Assembly: GCA_023515795.1 (NCBI GenBank)
Contig: JALGPX010000084.1
Span: 1 to 47,093, forward strand
DNA length: 47,093 nt
Reading direction: 5' to 3'
Source of the DNA: Amoeboaphelidium occidentale
Lineage: Eukaryota
Part shown: piece after piece, positions 24,241-36,065 of the stretch
Layout: each line of letters opens with the position of its first letter
Position numbering within the stretch: position 1 is the first letter of the stretch
Notes under the pieces: model-generated
What the model saw: only the letters and a program-made list of their open reading frames with translations
What the model was told of the DNA's origin: nothing
The model's database searches: none
Translations under genes and position numbers: made by a program

Positions 24241-24970
24241 TACAAAGTTTTAGAAACGATTTGGAATATTAAATCAATTTGGAGAAATGTTGCAGCTGAA
24301 TCAAGCTTGGTTGATTTTGTGGCTGATAGGCCGAGTTTGCGCCATAGAATTTTGGAACTTTGTTTCAGGCTAAAAAGACATGTCACAGGAACTCTTCTTT
24401 GGATCTTTTAGTGCATCAGCTGGTATGCGTACCCTATGGGATACTATACTATGTGCTATTGGTAAATTCGTCATTCGACATGATCCTAGCCAATCCCTTA
24501 ATATGAGTCAGTGTCAACTGATCCAAAGGTTTCCGCCTCATCGAGAATTGCGTGGCGGACCATTGATGCCTTTAGAGCATGAGTATGAGTTGTGTTTGGC
24601 GTTTACAATCAGTGGGGTATCCGCCACAACTCGGCAGAAAGCAAACATGGCGTATCCCGAAAAAATAAGCTAACCTTGGGAGAATGTACTCACGCGTTAG
24701 TTTACTATAGCTCGAATATTCGAGCTGCTACTTGCGATGGGAAGAAAATCGTTTGATCGTGTTCTAACTCACGCCCCTAAAGTCAATCCCTTTCAAGCTT
24801 CAGCTAGTCGAGCTAATCATTGTGTAAACAACATGGGCGTAACTACAATAAATACTATTAATATCGACGCATTTGTGCCCTTCGCGATCTGGTTTGTGCG
24901 AATTTCTGGCGCAGTTTCAATATTCTAAGTTGATCTATAAATATATCCAACTCTCATTTACAGAGAGAAC

Positions 24971-27900
24971 ATGAACTTATCAAAGTCTACCGATGGGATT
25001 ATCAAAAAGTACTTCTCTGATGAGGAATTAAGTTCTCCAATATTCGCTGCATTGGAAATGATGAACATTACATCAAATGCTCAGACAGAGTGCGGGATTT
25101 GCAGAAAAGATGTTGAGGGTGATGAGCGGATAAGTGTAGAGGGAAACGTATATCACAATGGAGTAAATCTATTCTGACACATAATCTAACGCTGCTAGTG
25201 TTTCAAATGCCATGCGTGCAGCGTAGATCTGAGTGCATCAACTTTTGGTTACCGAGATATTGTTACAAAGCCTGATACTGTGGGATCGGCCACCATCGTC
25301 TACTGCAAGCAACATTATTCGCAGCCTGTCAAGCCTGAATCCTCGCTATCTCAAAAGAAGAGTGCCTCTAACTTGTCGCAGAGAGATGCTGTTGGTCAGA
25401 GTAACGCTAAAGATCTTGGAGCATCTATATCGCGTTCTCAGCTAGGAAATCCTGATATTAATGTCTCATCTGATGCAAATCTGTTTCCTTCTGAGGTTAC
25501 CGATAGGAATGGAGTTGGAAAAGTTGAGAGTGGCACATCTGTGATGAACTATTATCGCGAAATAGCTGCGCCAGAGCATGCAATAGTTCCGGAGATAGAA
25601 ATAGTCAACAGAAGTGAAGCCAAAAACGAGAATAATACAAAAAATGAAGCCAGTTTGAATGTTCAGAACGTTCCTGAACTTATTGAGCCAGTGTCGGAAA
25701 CGGATGACCAGAGAACCGGGCAACAAAGTGAAATCACTGGCCACATCATTGCAAGTGTATCATTCGATATTAGACGCGATGCTCCTAGTTTTATGGCTGT
25801 TGTTACAGACTCTGACAACGATGAAAAATCAAACAGACAGGGTATCACCGAGGAATCTGAAGGCTTACATGTGAAGCCTCCTAGAGTGTCATTATTTCCA
25901 GGAAGAAGAGCAAGTATCAGTGAGACGGTACTTGTAAAAACGGGAGAAATGCCTAAGACCAGAAGAAAGAGTTTATCACCGATAGATGTTGCTGCTATAA
26001 AAGAAACTCTAGTTGCTCCAACAGTTGAAAGAAGAGCGTCGCTGCAAATTTTGAACAGAATAGGAAAGCATGACAGAAAAAGCTTAAACTACAAAAGTCA
26101 AACTAATATTAGTGCAGAACAACCAGACAAAAAGAGTGGTGTCAGTTCTTTGATTGAAAAATTCTCCAGCTTGAACAACCAGCAGAAGAATGATAAAGCA
26201 AACAATGGTTCCGAGTCTCCAACAGCAAACTCGTCTCCTGTATGGAGAAGAACATCTTCGAATGGAGACAAATTGGAAACCTTGAGAGCTAGTTTCACAA
26301 AATCAAAATCAAAACATAATGCCATTATGGAGTCAAACAGCGAAGAGGCTAAAGAAACTCCAAAAGAGCTTCCAAAAATTGCTGGTGCAGCATTAAATGT
26401 TTATACATCATCAAAGTCAAAGTTTAGCGGGTTTAGAAGAAAGAGTGAGCAAATTGACGGAAGCAAAGATTTGTCGCCTACTGAGCCAGATAATATTCTG
26501 AAGAAAGCAGGTGAAAGCACGGTATCTTTAGAGGAAGATGGATCTGCCAATAGCGAAAACAAAAAGAAAACAATTCTTCAGAGATCACATGCGGTTATGA
26601 GCAAAAAGAGAGGCCATTCAATGAGAAGATCTGTAGGCGGTTCTTCACAACCTAGTTTAAATCAAGGACCTTCGGGGATTTTCGTTCCAAGAAGAGAAAG
26701 CAATTCTAGTGTTGGACTGCCCTTGCACGAAAAGATCAAGCATTTGTACAAGTGCTTGAATAATTCTCGTTATATGTGTGATGATTTGTGTGATACTTTG
26801 GAAACTTTTGCAAATAATTGCTTGGCTTGGAGTAGAGGCGGTATTACTCCAGACAGCCAACAAACTGATTTGTTTTCTACCGTTGCNNNNNNNNNNNNNN
26901 NNNNNNNAGTGCTTGAATAATTCTCGTTATATGTGTGATGATTTGTGTGATACTTTGGAAACTTTTTCAAATAATTGCTTGGCTTGGAGTAGAGGCGGTA
27001 TTACTCCAGACAGCCAACAAACTGATTTGTTTTCTACCGTTGCAAGAGATCTAGCAGTGCAATGCAATGAACTATCAACGATGTTACCGGAATCTCACTA
27101 CGCATCGTTGCTGAAGAAGTGTATTACACAATTTGAAATACTCAGCAAGACAACGTATGATAGCCTACCAGCAAAGGACCGCGAGATAGAGGCTCAAAAG
27201 TTGCTGAAAAGAGCACTCAAGCTATGCACGTGTTACATTACTCTTTCAGCATGTGGGATTGCAGATTTTTGCTTGCAAAACTATATGGTCCCTATTCTTT
27301 CTGTTCAGGGATGGAAGATTGAGGCCGTTGGGTTGGAAAGTTTGAAATCATGGCTTATGATAGGATCTTCTTCTTCTCAAGATGATTTATCGCCAAATTT
27401 ATCTAGTGAAAAGCTTATCGAAGAATTCACAATTGACATTGAAGATGGAGATGAATTGGTTCAATCTCTTTCTCTTAAATCGAAGAAAGAGAGGTTGATA
27501 AAGGGCGAGAAAGAAAAGGACGTTAAGAGTGAATTACTTGGTATCATCAAGCCACAATATTTCGCAGCCAAATCTAAAGCACCTGAGTCAAACAAGAAGT
27601 TTACTGGCGAGCGTTCCTCATTTGTGCAGTCTGGTAGAGTACAACAAAATGACAACGGAGAAGTTATTACTCCTATTGATCACTTTGACACCGATACAAT
27701 GACCTACAGGAAACATTTTGTAGGCCAAGAGCACAGAAATTATATCGGACAGAATGAAAAGTTTGGAGAATTTGCGATTTCAATTAGAAGACAATTGATC
27801 GATCCAAACAGAAAGTTCTCTGATGAAGCCCCAGCTGCTGCATTCCAATATCGCGTACTCTTTAGAGCAAAGTCTGTTGGAGCTCTTGTTCATCTTATTA

Positions 27901-29987
27901 TTCCAGAGTCTGATGTTGTTTCAAACAACAAGGCGAGTATTTTCTCCAAAGATACATCTGTACCACAAGGAAACAATGAACCAAATGAGAAGAACTGGAA
28001 ACATGTGATTCATATGATCAACCCAAAGTTAGAAGTATCAAAAATGAAAAGAATTGATGTTACAGCAGAGGAACTGGAGAAAGCAAAGGAAGAAGGAATT
28101 GCAAGGCCGATTTCGAAAATTGAAAAGAGTTTGCAGCAGATAGATGAGCATAGAACTGCATTCATGTATAAATTTGGTCTGATGTTCGTTAAAGATGGTC
28201 AAACAAATGAGACACAATGGTTTGATAATACTGAGACAAGCGAGGCTTTCCAAAGATTTTGCTCTATTCTTGGCGACAAGATTGATTTAAAGGGCCATAC
28301 AGGCTTCACTGGAGGTCTCGATACAAAGAATGGAAATACCGGTGAGAAGTCGATCTACACAAAGCTTAGCTATGATCCTACAAGATACGTGTGCTTTCCT
28401 ATGGATCAAAGCAAAGATGTAGTTAACTTTGAAATCATGTATCACTGCAGCCCTTTGTTGCCATACACTCCCGGTGACGAGCAACAGATTCAGAGAAAAC
28501 GCCACATTGGAAACGATCTAGTCACTGTAGTGTTTATTGACAAACACAATGCAGCGGATCCTGAAAATAGCATGATCTTTAAAACTTTGTTCGATCCTAG
28601 CAGAATTAAGAGTCAGTTTTTGCATGTTTACATTATTGTGCAAGAAATATCTTGGGAGAGCCATCTATTTTCTGGAGCACCAAGGATTTCTGGAAGCGAA
28701 AGTTCAATGGTAACCGCATACAGAGTTTTCTCTACTTCAAATGTTGATGTTCCAAATTTCGCTCCAACATTGGCTGATCCTCCTGTGTTTCCTGTTGCCA
28801 CTGAAGAGCAAAAGAAGATATTCAGAAGTTACATTTTGGCCAAGCTTATTAACGCTGAAAATGCAGCATTTGAAGCACCAAAGTTTAGATCACTGCACGG
28901 AAGAACTTATAATGGATTGCTTGAGACTATGTTCAGGGAGTTCTACACAGAAAATTCATCCAGCTCGGGTTCTGTACGATTGTCTTTCAAGAGTGCGGCA
29001 AGCATTGTTGTAAATGATAAGAGGAAATCTATCAAGGCTCCATCTGAGGTATCCTTGACAAACGTCTCTTCAGAATCTGACGTGAATACATTGAGAAAAG
29101 AAAGTAGAGCATCAGCAGTATCACAAGAGATCATGACAGAGGCCAAAGAAACCCTAACAGCTATGTTAGCCAGAAGAATCAGTTCTAATGTGCGACCAAA
29201 AATCATGGGCTCTAGTAAACGTCCTGAACTAGCAGTTGAAGGAGAACAAGTTGTCGCCGGCTCAACCACTTCGATTTCTACGGATCTGCTTTCCAAACCA
29301 GGTGAAGTAGAGAAACCAGCTCAAAGTCCAACTAGTCCTAGGAAATATCTCACAGAAAAGCCAAGGCGAGCAAAGCCTATTGAAGATATCGATTTGGACG
29401 ATGACGCTTTGGAGGACAAACCAAAAAGGAAGTCTGCACTAGATAAAGAATTTCTAGATTTTCTGAATTCAGATCCAGAAGAATATAAAGCGCCAAGAAA
29501 GTCGAAGTCCCGACAAGACAAGAAACTTGCTGAATTGTTTGAGGAACCAGCAAAACAAGAACCAGAAGTTGCAAAAGTTGAAGTAAAAGAAGACAAGAAA
29601 GAGGGTAGAGGGCTTGCTCAGCTATCGCAAGCACTGCGGAATAAGTTGACTGGTGGCGACAAACTTCAATCCGGCGACATTGGTGGAGTTTCACCAAACA
29701 ATTCCGTCCGAAGCAGACCTTCAAACACAAACAAAGAGAGGCCATTAAATTCTTTGCTAGGTGCTTTCACTGGTGGCAGTGAGAAGAAGCTTGAAGAACC
29801 AAAACGAGACGAAACTAGGCGACCATCGGGTGATAATGCTTTTACAGTTGTTGCATCAAATGACCATGATGAACTAGCCGTGGTTACACCAAGAGACCCA
29901 ACAAATCAACAAGAAATTCCAGTACAACAGCACGTAGACAATATCGTCATTTCAGACAGCTCTACAGCTAATCCATCTGCAACATAG
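24971..29987 (+). CDS. LIM-domain + Rap-GAP protein (~1607 aa after collapsing the gap duplication)
   Basis: Spliced LIM CGIC...YHNGCFKCHAC...YCKQH (intron 25163-25198). RapGAP motifs YKFGLMFVK, FTGGLD, EIMYHCSPLLP, QRKRHIGND and SQFLHVYIIV. Confidence 0.88.
26751..27043. repeat. 136-bp direct duplicate around a 21-N gap (likely scaffolding artefact)
   Basis: 26751-26886 and 26908-27043 are identical except one G/T. Removing one copy restores a single reading frame. Confidence 0.9.
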
Positions 29988-30007
29988 ATTGAATAGATTT
30001 TCGTCAC

Positions 30008-30976
30008 ATGATCGACTTTGGCGCGTACTTCTTTTGGACGTTCTTTAGCATTGGCTTCTTAGCAGTAGCATCCTACATTATCCCTGTGATATATCAATGC
30101 TTCTTTCTTGTTGAGCAAGATTTGAAGAAGAAGTATGGCGCGGAATGGGCGCTAGTAACTGGTGGTTCTTCAGGAATTGGCAAAGCGATCGCAGAGAAGC
30201 TTGCTCAACAGAATATCAACGTGGTTATTGTTGCGCTCCCTGATAAGCTTTTGAATGATAGTGTTTTCGAGCTGAGCAAGAAGTATCCCAATGTTAAGTT
30301 TGTAGCAATTGGCGCGAATCTAGGCGCGACTGACTATAATTCTTACTTGAACGTCATCAAGGCACAAACCAAAGGACTTCCAATTAAGTTGGTATTTAAC
30401 AATGCCGGATATCTGCTTCCTGGTATCTTCAATAAGCAACACTTGGAGAAATCGTTGGCTAATTTGAACTGCAACGCGACTTCTCATGTCGTTTTGACTC
30501 ACCTATTTGCTAACAGGATGTTGGAGCTCCCAGTTAGCGATGGTTGTAAGCGTGGTCTTATTGCTTTTGTTTCCTCTTCTGCTGCTTTCTTGCCTGGGCC
30601 GATTTCGAGTTTGTATGCTTCGACAAAATGTTTCTTGACAAGTTTCAGTACATCAGTTGGTATTGAATTAAAGGAAGACGGCATTGATGTTGTATGCGTA
30701 CATCCAAGCCCTATTCAGTCTAATTTCTTCAATTCTGCAAAGGGTATCAATATGTTAACCGTGTTCCAGAAAACAGCTAAACCACCCAGCACAATTGCAG
30801 ATACGATTTTCAAAGCCGCTGGTAAATGTATGATCAGAGATCAAGGTTACTTCTCAATTGGCTCTAAATTATTGTTGAAAGCTGTTGACTGGAATATGAT
30901 GACTGAAATCGCGCCGTACTTCATTTCAAGCAACCCAGATTTCCGTAAGTTGAAAGATATTGTCAAGGAAGAATAA
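30008..30976 (+). CDS. Membrane-anchored SDR, 17-beta-HSD12 / 3-ketoacyl-CoA reductase-like
   Basis: N-terminal TM segment, LKKKYGAEWALVTGGSSGIG, NNAG and catalytic YASTK. Confidence 0.9.
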   Translation: MIDFGAYFFWTFFSIGFLAVASYIIPVIYQCFFLVEQDLKKKYGAEWALVTGGSSGIGKAIAEKLAQQNINVVIVALPDKLLNDSVFELSKKYPNVKFVAIGANLGATDYNSYLNVIKAQTKGLPIKLVFNNAGYLLPGIFNKQHLEKSLANLNCNATSHVVLTHLFANRMLELPVSDGCKRGLIAFVSSSAAFLPGPISSLYASTKCFLTSFSTSVGIELKEDGIDVVCVHPSPIQSNFFNSAKGINMLTVFQKTAKPPSTIADTIFKAAGKCMIRDQGYFSIGSKLLLKAVDWNMMTEIAPYFISSNPDFRKLKDIVKEE

Positions 30977-30998
30977 ATCTACGCCTTAACCTTAACTG

Positions 30999-31237
30999 TA
31001 GATTTTTTCCATTTCGTTGTGTAAACATTTAATAGCGAAGACCAAGTTTCACTAATGGAGTCCAAAGCGAGTGATCATAAACCCAGACTATTAATACATG
31101 GCGGTGCNNNNNNNNNNNNNNNNNNNNNTAGATTTTCTCCATTTCGTTGTGTAAACATTTTATAGCGAAGACCAAGTTTCACTAATGGAGTCCAAAGCGA
31201 GTGATCATAAACCCAGACTATTAATACATGGCGGTGC
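30999..31237. repeat. 109-bp direct duplicate around a 21-N gap (likely scaffolding artefact)
   Basis: 30999-31107 versus 31129-31237, with two single-base differences. Confidence 0.9.
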
Positions 31238-32153
31238 AGGCTCCAGAGGAAATGATTTCCCAGAAGAAGAGCAACTTCGATATTTAACAGCATTGGAAAA
31301 TGTCCTCCTTCAGTCATATGAACTTCTAAAAGCAGGTCGATCTGCTCTTGATATTGTGGAATTTGCTGTGAAGCTTCTGGAAGATAATCCTTTGTTCAAT
31401 GCCGGAAAAGGTTCAGTTCTTAACGAAGATGGTTATGTCGAATTGGAGGCTTCAATTATGGATGGTTCAAACATGAACGCAGGAGCGTGCACATTGGTGA
31501 AACATCTCAAGAATCCCATTTCATTGGCAAGATTAGTTAAGGAAAAGACAAGTCACGTTTTACTTGCAGCTCCAAGAGCGGAGGAACTTGCAAAGGAGCA
31601 TGGCTTGGATATGGTAGAGAATTGTTACTTTTACACAAAGAAACGATGGGAACAACATAGGAAAGGCCGCGATAATGTTCCAGAGAGACCTCCTGTCTGT
31701 CCTAAAGATTATGATACTGATTTTCAGTACAGTAGTGCCGAAGGCCCTAAAGGAACCGTTGGTGCAGTTTGTTTGGATGTTTATGGAAACCTTGCTGCTG
31801 CGACGTCTACAGGAGGACGTACAAACAAAATGGCTCAAAGAATAGGCGATACACCAATAATTGGCGCTGGTAATTATGCTGAGAATGAATCGTGCGCAGT
31901 TTCTGGGACAGGGCATGGTGATTATTTTTTGCGGCACTGTGTTGCGTATGATATTGCTGCAAGGATAAAGTATGGAAATGCAACTGTAAAAGATGCAGCA
32001 AAAAGTTCACTTGAAATTATGGCTAAACATGGAGGAGATGGAGGTGTAATTGTAATCGATAAAAAAGGGAACTTTGCATTGGAATTCAATACGACATTGA
32101 TGTTTCGAGGGAGTATTGGTCTAGACGAAAAGCCTGAAGCAAAGATATTTTAA
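31185..32153 (+). CDS. Isoaspartyl peptidase / plant-type L-asparaginase (Ntn hydrolase)
   Basis: IHGGAG, FNAGKGS, GTVGAV (nucleophile Thr), ATSTGG, RIGDTP and SGTGHG motifs. Confidence 0.95.
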   Translation: MESKASDHKPRLLIHGGAGSRGNDFPEEEQLRYLTALENVLLQSYELLKAGRSALDIVEFAVKLLEDNPLFNAGKGSVLNEDGYVELEASIMDGSNMNAGACTLVKHLKNPISLARLVKEKTSHVLLAAPRAEELAKEHGLDMVENCYFYTKKRWEQHRKGRDNVPERPPVCPKDYDTDFQYSSAEGPKGTVGAVCLDVYGNLAAATSTGGRTNKMAQRIGDTPIIGAGNYAENESCAVSGTGHGDYFLRHCVAYDIAARIKYGNATVKDAAKSSLEIMAKHGGDGGVIVIDKKGNFALEFNTTLMFRGSIGLDEKPEAKIF

Positions 32154-32166
32154 TCAGTATACCGTT

Positions 32167-34027
32167 TCAATCTTTTTTGTCTTCTTCCTTAGCCGGTTTA
32201 TCCGATTGTTTTGCAGCAGGTTCTGCAACAACGCTTCGGTGACCTCCACCGCGGTTGGAGGCGCCGCCTCTGCTCGAATGATATCGCGATCCTCTACCTC
32301 GCCCTCTTCCTCTAGATCCAGGGGTAGATTTCGAAGTTGCGGAAGAAGCATTAGCATTTGGAACATTTCCCTTAGGCGTGTCTTCCCATCTTGGTTGAAC
32401 CACATTCATATTCACCATCTGAGCTGGCGGAGGCCCATGAAATACTGGCGGAAATTGCGGAAAAATAAATGCTTGCCCAGGAAAATGTCCTGCTGGAGGA
32501 ACGTTGACTGCTGGATAGAAATGTGGCTGAAACTGTTCTGATGGAGGTCCAATCCATTGTTGCGGCATAACAGGCAGCGACGGGACAAAGTCATTGGAAA
32601 CACCACCAAAATATCCTACTGGCATACTACTCGGAACAAATGGTACAGCAAGTGGTGTCATAACAGGAGGGAAGAATGCAGGGAATAACTTCTGCAACTC
32701 TTCGTAACGTTTCATAAGGTCCTCTGAAGTCAAGTTGATTTTCTCTTTCACTTCTTTTACACTCCCTGAGGATAGCGAAGTTTGGAAAGATTTCGTAACT
32801 TCCTCGTATCGTTGTAGGAGTTGTTCAGAATTGACCATGATCCTTCGAGTTTCTTCTTGACGTATATCCTCCGGCAAAGCACTTTCCTTTTCAGCCATAG
32901 GTTCTTCTTGTTTCACTTTAACCACTCGTCGCTCAGTAGAGTCTTTAGGAACAGGCTTATCTCTCGTTTCAACGATGGTTCTACTTAGTGTGTTGATCAT
33001 GCCCACTAATTCTTGTGTAGATTTAGAGCTTTGTTCCGTTGGCTCAGCACTACGTTCACGTATAGAGACTTTTCTTTCAGGTTTAAAGAAACTTTCTCTC
33101 TTTTTATCATCAGGTCTTTGTCGCCCTTTAAATTCCGTGCGTTCAGACAATTTCCTTCCTGTCGAAGATGATTTAGACTTTTCAGACGAACTAGGTTTGT
33201 CAGCTTCTTTATCTGAAGTGGAAGATTTTGCTTTTTCTGCGAGCTGTTGAGCTTTCTCAAGGGCCCGCCGTTTTGACTCTTCGCGCTCGCGTTCTTCTTG
33301 TTCCTTACGAAGTCGTGCCTTTTCAGCCAGCTGCGCCATTATCACCTTTTGCTTAGCCGTAATAGCTTCTAAATCTTCTAGATTTTCTTGGGGCTGAGCA
33401 GCGCTCTGTTTGCGCTGTGTTTGAACATTTGCTGTTGTAGTTGATAAAGATTCAGAACTCTTTGTTCCTTCAGAGGGCCTTCTAACATCATTCCTATCCT
33501 TGTGCCAGTCGAATGCTTTAGTTTTCCTTTCCTCTTTAACAACAGGGTCATCCTTCTTTGGTGCAGCTGACTTTCCAAAGTCCAATTTCTGATCAAACTG
33601 GAAATCATCCGTCATTTCAGTCCAGGCGATCCCTAACTGACGCTTTCCACCACTCGAAAATAAATCCGCAGGTTCTCCCGCAGTTGCCGGAGCCTTAGTT
33701 TCTGTTTTATCTGCTTTCTCCGAAGACTCCGATTCCTTCACTGTTTTCCATGCTGTTCCATTCGCAGAGCCTGTCGGTGTTGTGATGATGTTCTGATCTG
33801 AAGCGCCCTGACTGCTGTTACTTTCCCTCTTTTTACTAGGAAGGTGTACAGGCAAAGGGACTGCCGTTTGTTCTTGTTGTTTTCGACCAACTAATGGTAA
33901 ATTGCGGATTTACTTTACTAAACCAACCTGCGCCGCTTCTTCTTCCACTTCCGCTGTAGCCCATGGAAACTTTTGTATTTTTATTACTTCCTTGGCTGTG
34001 TTTTGGATTTCCGGAAGAGCTCATCAT
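32167..34027 (-). CDS. PRRC2/BAT2-like low-complexity protein with coiled coil and RG-rich tail
   Basis: An intron at ~33891-33927 joins the two ORFs. PLPVHLPSKKRE...GTAW resembles the BAT2-N P-x-NLPS-x-K-x-E...GW motif. Also AEKARLRKEQEERERE and RGRGRGRG. Confidence 0.55.
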
Positions 34028-34119
34028 GCAAATTGTCTCGTTGAAAGATTCTGATTCGAAAACTGCAATGGGAATTGTTTGAACTTCTTGAGCAATACGT
34101 TCAAAGATTATTCAGCGAT

Positions 34120-35009
34120 ATGTCAGAAGGTACATCATATCAGCACACTTTCAAGCTAATTTCATAGAGATCAAGGACTTCAATGATCAGTTGGTCACTA
34201 TAATCGAGGAGATCAGGAAGTTGGTTGATCAAGACATTCCAAAGCTAAAAGGAAAGGCCAAAGTGGAAGTACGTTATAGATCATATTGGAGGAGATAATG
34301 ATTTTGATGTAGAAATGCGAGCATGCGAAATCGAGACTGAACAGAGCAAAGCAGTTGCTTAAATCTTACAATGTCGAGCTACGTGAACTTTCCAGGGCTG
34401 ATGCGAAGCCATATGAAGATAAAGGCAAAGAGCACGATTCTACTATACAGAAGCTTTCTGATAATCTAACATTTATGGCTACCGCAGCCGAGAGGGATGA
34501 TTTGTTCCAGAACAAAGGCCGAAGTAATTGTCTCAACTTGAAGTTCTAATGATCCGCGTAGATGCCGATGAGATGACTGCTAAGGATTTGGTAGTTCATG
34601 CAAAGACTATTCAAGATCAGAGCAAAGCATCGACTACGAGGACAAAAGATGTATTGCAACACACCATTGAAATCGGTACAAATACATCAGAGGCTTTGAA
34701 GAAACAGACTGAACAACTGCAAAACGTGGATCAGAATCTGGACGCTATTGAAAGCAATTTGGTCAGAGCTGATAAGCAAATAAGGTAAGATTGCTTCAGT
34801 CGGAGTGTTAATTGTATGATAGAATCTTTCTAAGGAGAATGGCCGCTGACAAAGTTGTCGTGTCGATGGTTGTATTGGTTCTATTGGCAATATTGGCAAC
34901 GATCATAGTGGTGATTGTAACAAAGCAGAAACCAACAGTTGAAGATTTGAGAGAAGGAAATTTCAGAATTAACACGAACCTTCCGAATATCACCTTGCCG
35001 GAATTTTGA
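34120..35009 (+). CDS. Qb-SNARE, NPSN-like (5 exons)
   Basis: Habc-like helices, a SNARE motif (IGTNTSEALKKQTEQL..IESNLVRADKQIR), then RRMAADK and a TM helix. Confidence 0.8.
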
Positions 35010-35070
35010 TTCTGAATAGATCCGTAAATGCCTGTTCGGAAGTTGTACATTAAGTGCTTTGTGTGATCCT

Positions 35071-36000
35071 TCAATTTCTTAGTGTTTCTTGTCTTTGGTT
35101 GCCGCGTTGTGCTTTTGATTTAATTGTTGTGTAGTCTTTAGGGTGCATGACTCGATGTACTGAAGCTTCAACCAATTTATGCTTCAAATCGGCAATTGCG
35201 GACTCAAATCGCCTTATTTCCTCGTCCTTTTCTCGTATTTCCTTTCTAGTCAATTTTAAATCTGTTTCCAGCGTTTTGTTCTCTTCAAGTGCCTGCTCGA
35301 GTTTGTCAGAGTTTCGTGCGATTTCCAATTCTTCACTAAGCGCCTTGATAGTTTCTTCATTTTGCTGCAATTGGGCCAAATGTAATGTTGCTTGGTCATG
35401 CCAATATTCTCGTTCGACTGAGGTTAGGTCCAAATCTCTTTTAGCGCCCTCAAGTTCAACACACGTCTTGATATGCTTTTTTTCTAGATTTTCAAGTGCC
35501 AATTGCAAGTCTTCAGTTGTAAACATGGCGTCTGAGGATGTAATCTTCGGATTTAAGTTATCACTCGTCGTTTCCGGTGCTCTTGTCTCATTTAGCCTAG
35601 CCTCCGACAATTTCTCTTGGAGATCTGCGATAGTTCGTTTCAATTGTTGATTTTCACGAATACTCTCGATATGACTTTGGGATACTTCGTTATTCCGTTG
35701 CTGAACTTTCTCTCTATATGTTTGCACTTGATCTTCTGCAAACTGGAGCTGCCGTTTCAATGATTCTATCATATCATAAGCTATATCAAGTCGAGATTCC
35801 AGAATTTCAATTTGCTTTGCGTTCTTTGTATCATGTGAATTGTAGTCCGATCTGCTGGTTGTATGTCTCGTATCATAATGTCGAGCTTCGACCTCTCGAT
35901 TAAGCTTCCTGGTATCATTTCGTGATGCTTTAATCTCAACATGAAATGGCTCTATTCGCAGAAGAACTGGAGACGAACTCAGAGGTTCTTGATGTGACAT
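35071..36000 (-). CDS. Coiled-coil protein, 309 aa
   Basis: Long ORF with E/K/L/Q heptad pattern. No family recognised. Confidence 0.7.
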   Translation of the reverse strand: MSHQEPLSSSPVLLRIEPFHVEIKASRNDTRKLNREVEARHYDTRHTTSRSDYNSHDTKNAKQIEILESRLDIAYDMIESLKRQLQFAEDQVQTYREKVQQRNNEVSQSHIESIRENQQLKRTIADLQEKLSEARLNETRAPETTSDNLNPKITSSDAMFTTEDLQLALENLEKKHIKTCVELEGAKRDLDLTSVEREYWHDQATLHLAQLQQNEETIKALSEELEIARNSDKLEQALEENKTLETDLKLTRKEIREKDEEIRRFESAIADLKHKLVEASVHRVMHPKDYTTIKSKAQRGNQRQETLRN

Positions 36001-36065
36001 GCGACAGTTCGAAGCATCAATTTATATTTATAGATTCGGTCATGAAACGCCAAATTCTTATTCGT

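Noticed and set aside
24479..24521. Possible C/D snoRNA (ATGATCC..AGCCAATCC..ATGA..CTGA) with 9-nt LSU complementarity
   Set aside because: Poor C box, short pairing, and AGCCAAT is equally explained as a CCAAT box in a promoter.
24380..24928. Short ORFs in the Rap1/RapGAP spacer
   Set aside because: No recognisable motifs and atypical composition. They cannot be supported as genes from sequence alone.
26751..27043. Tandem duplication or frameshift inside the RapGAP gene
   Set aside because: The duplicate flanks a fixed 21-N gap, the same pattern recurs at 31108, and collapsing restores the frame. It is an assembly artefact.
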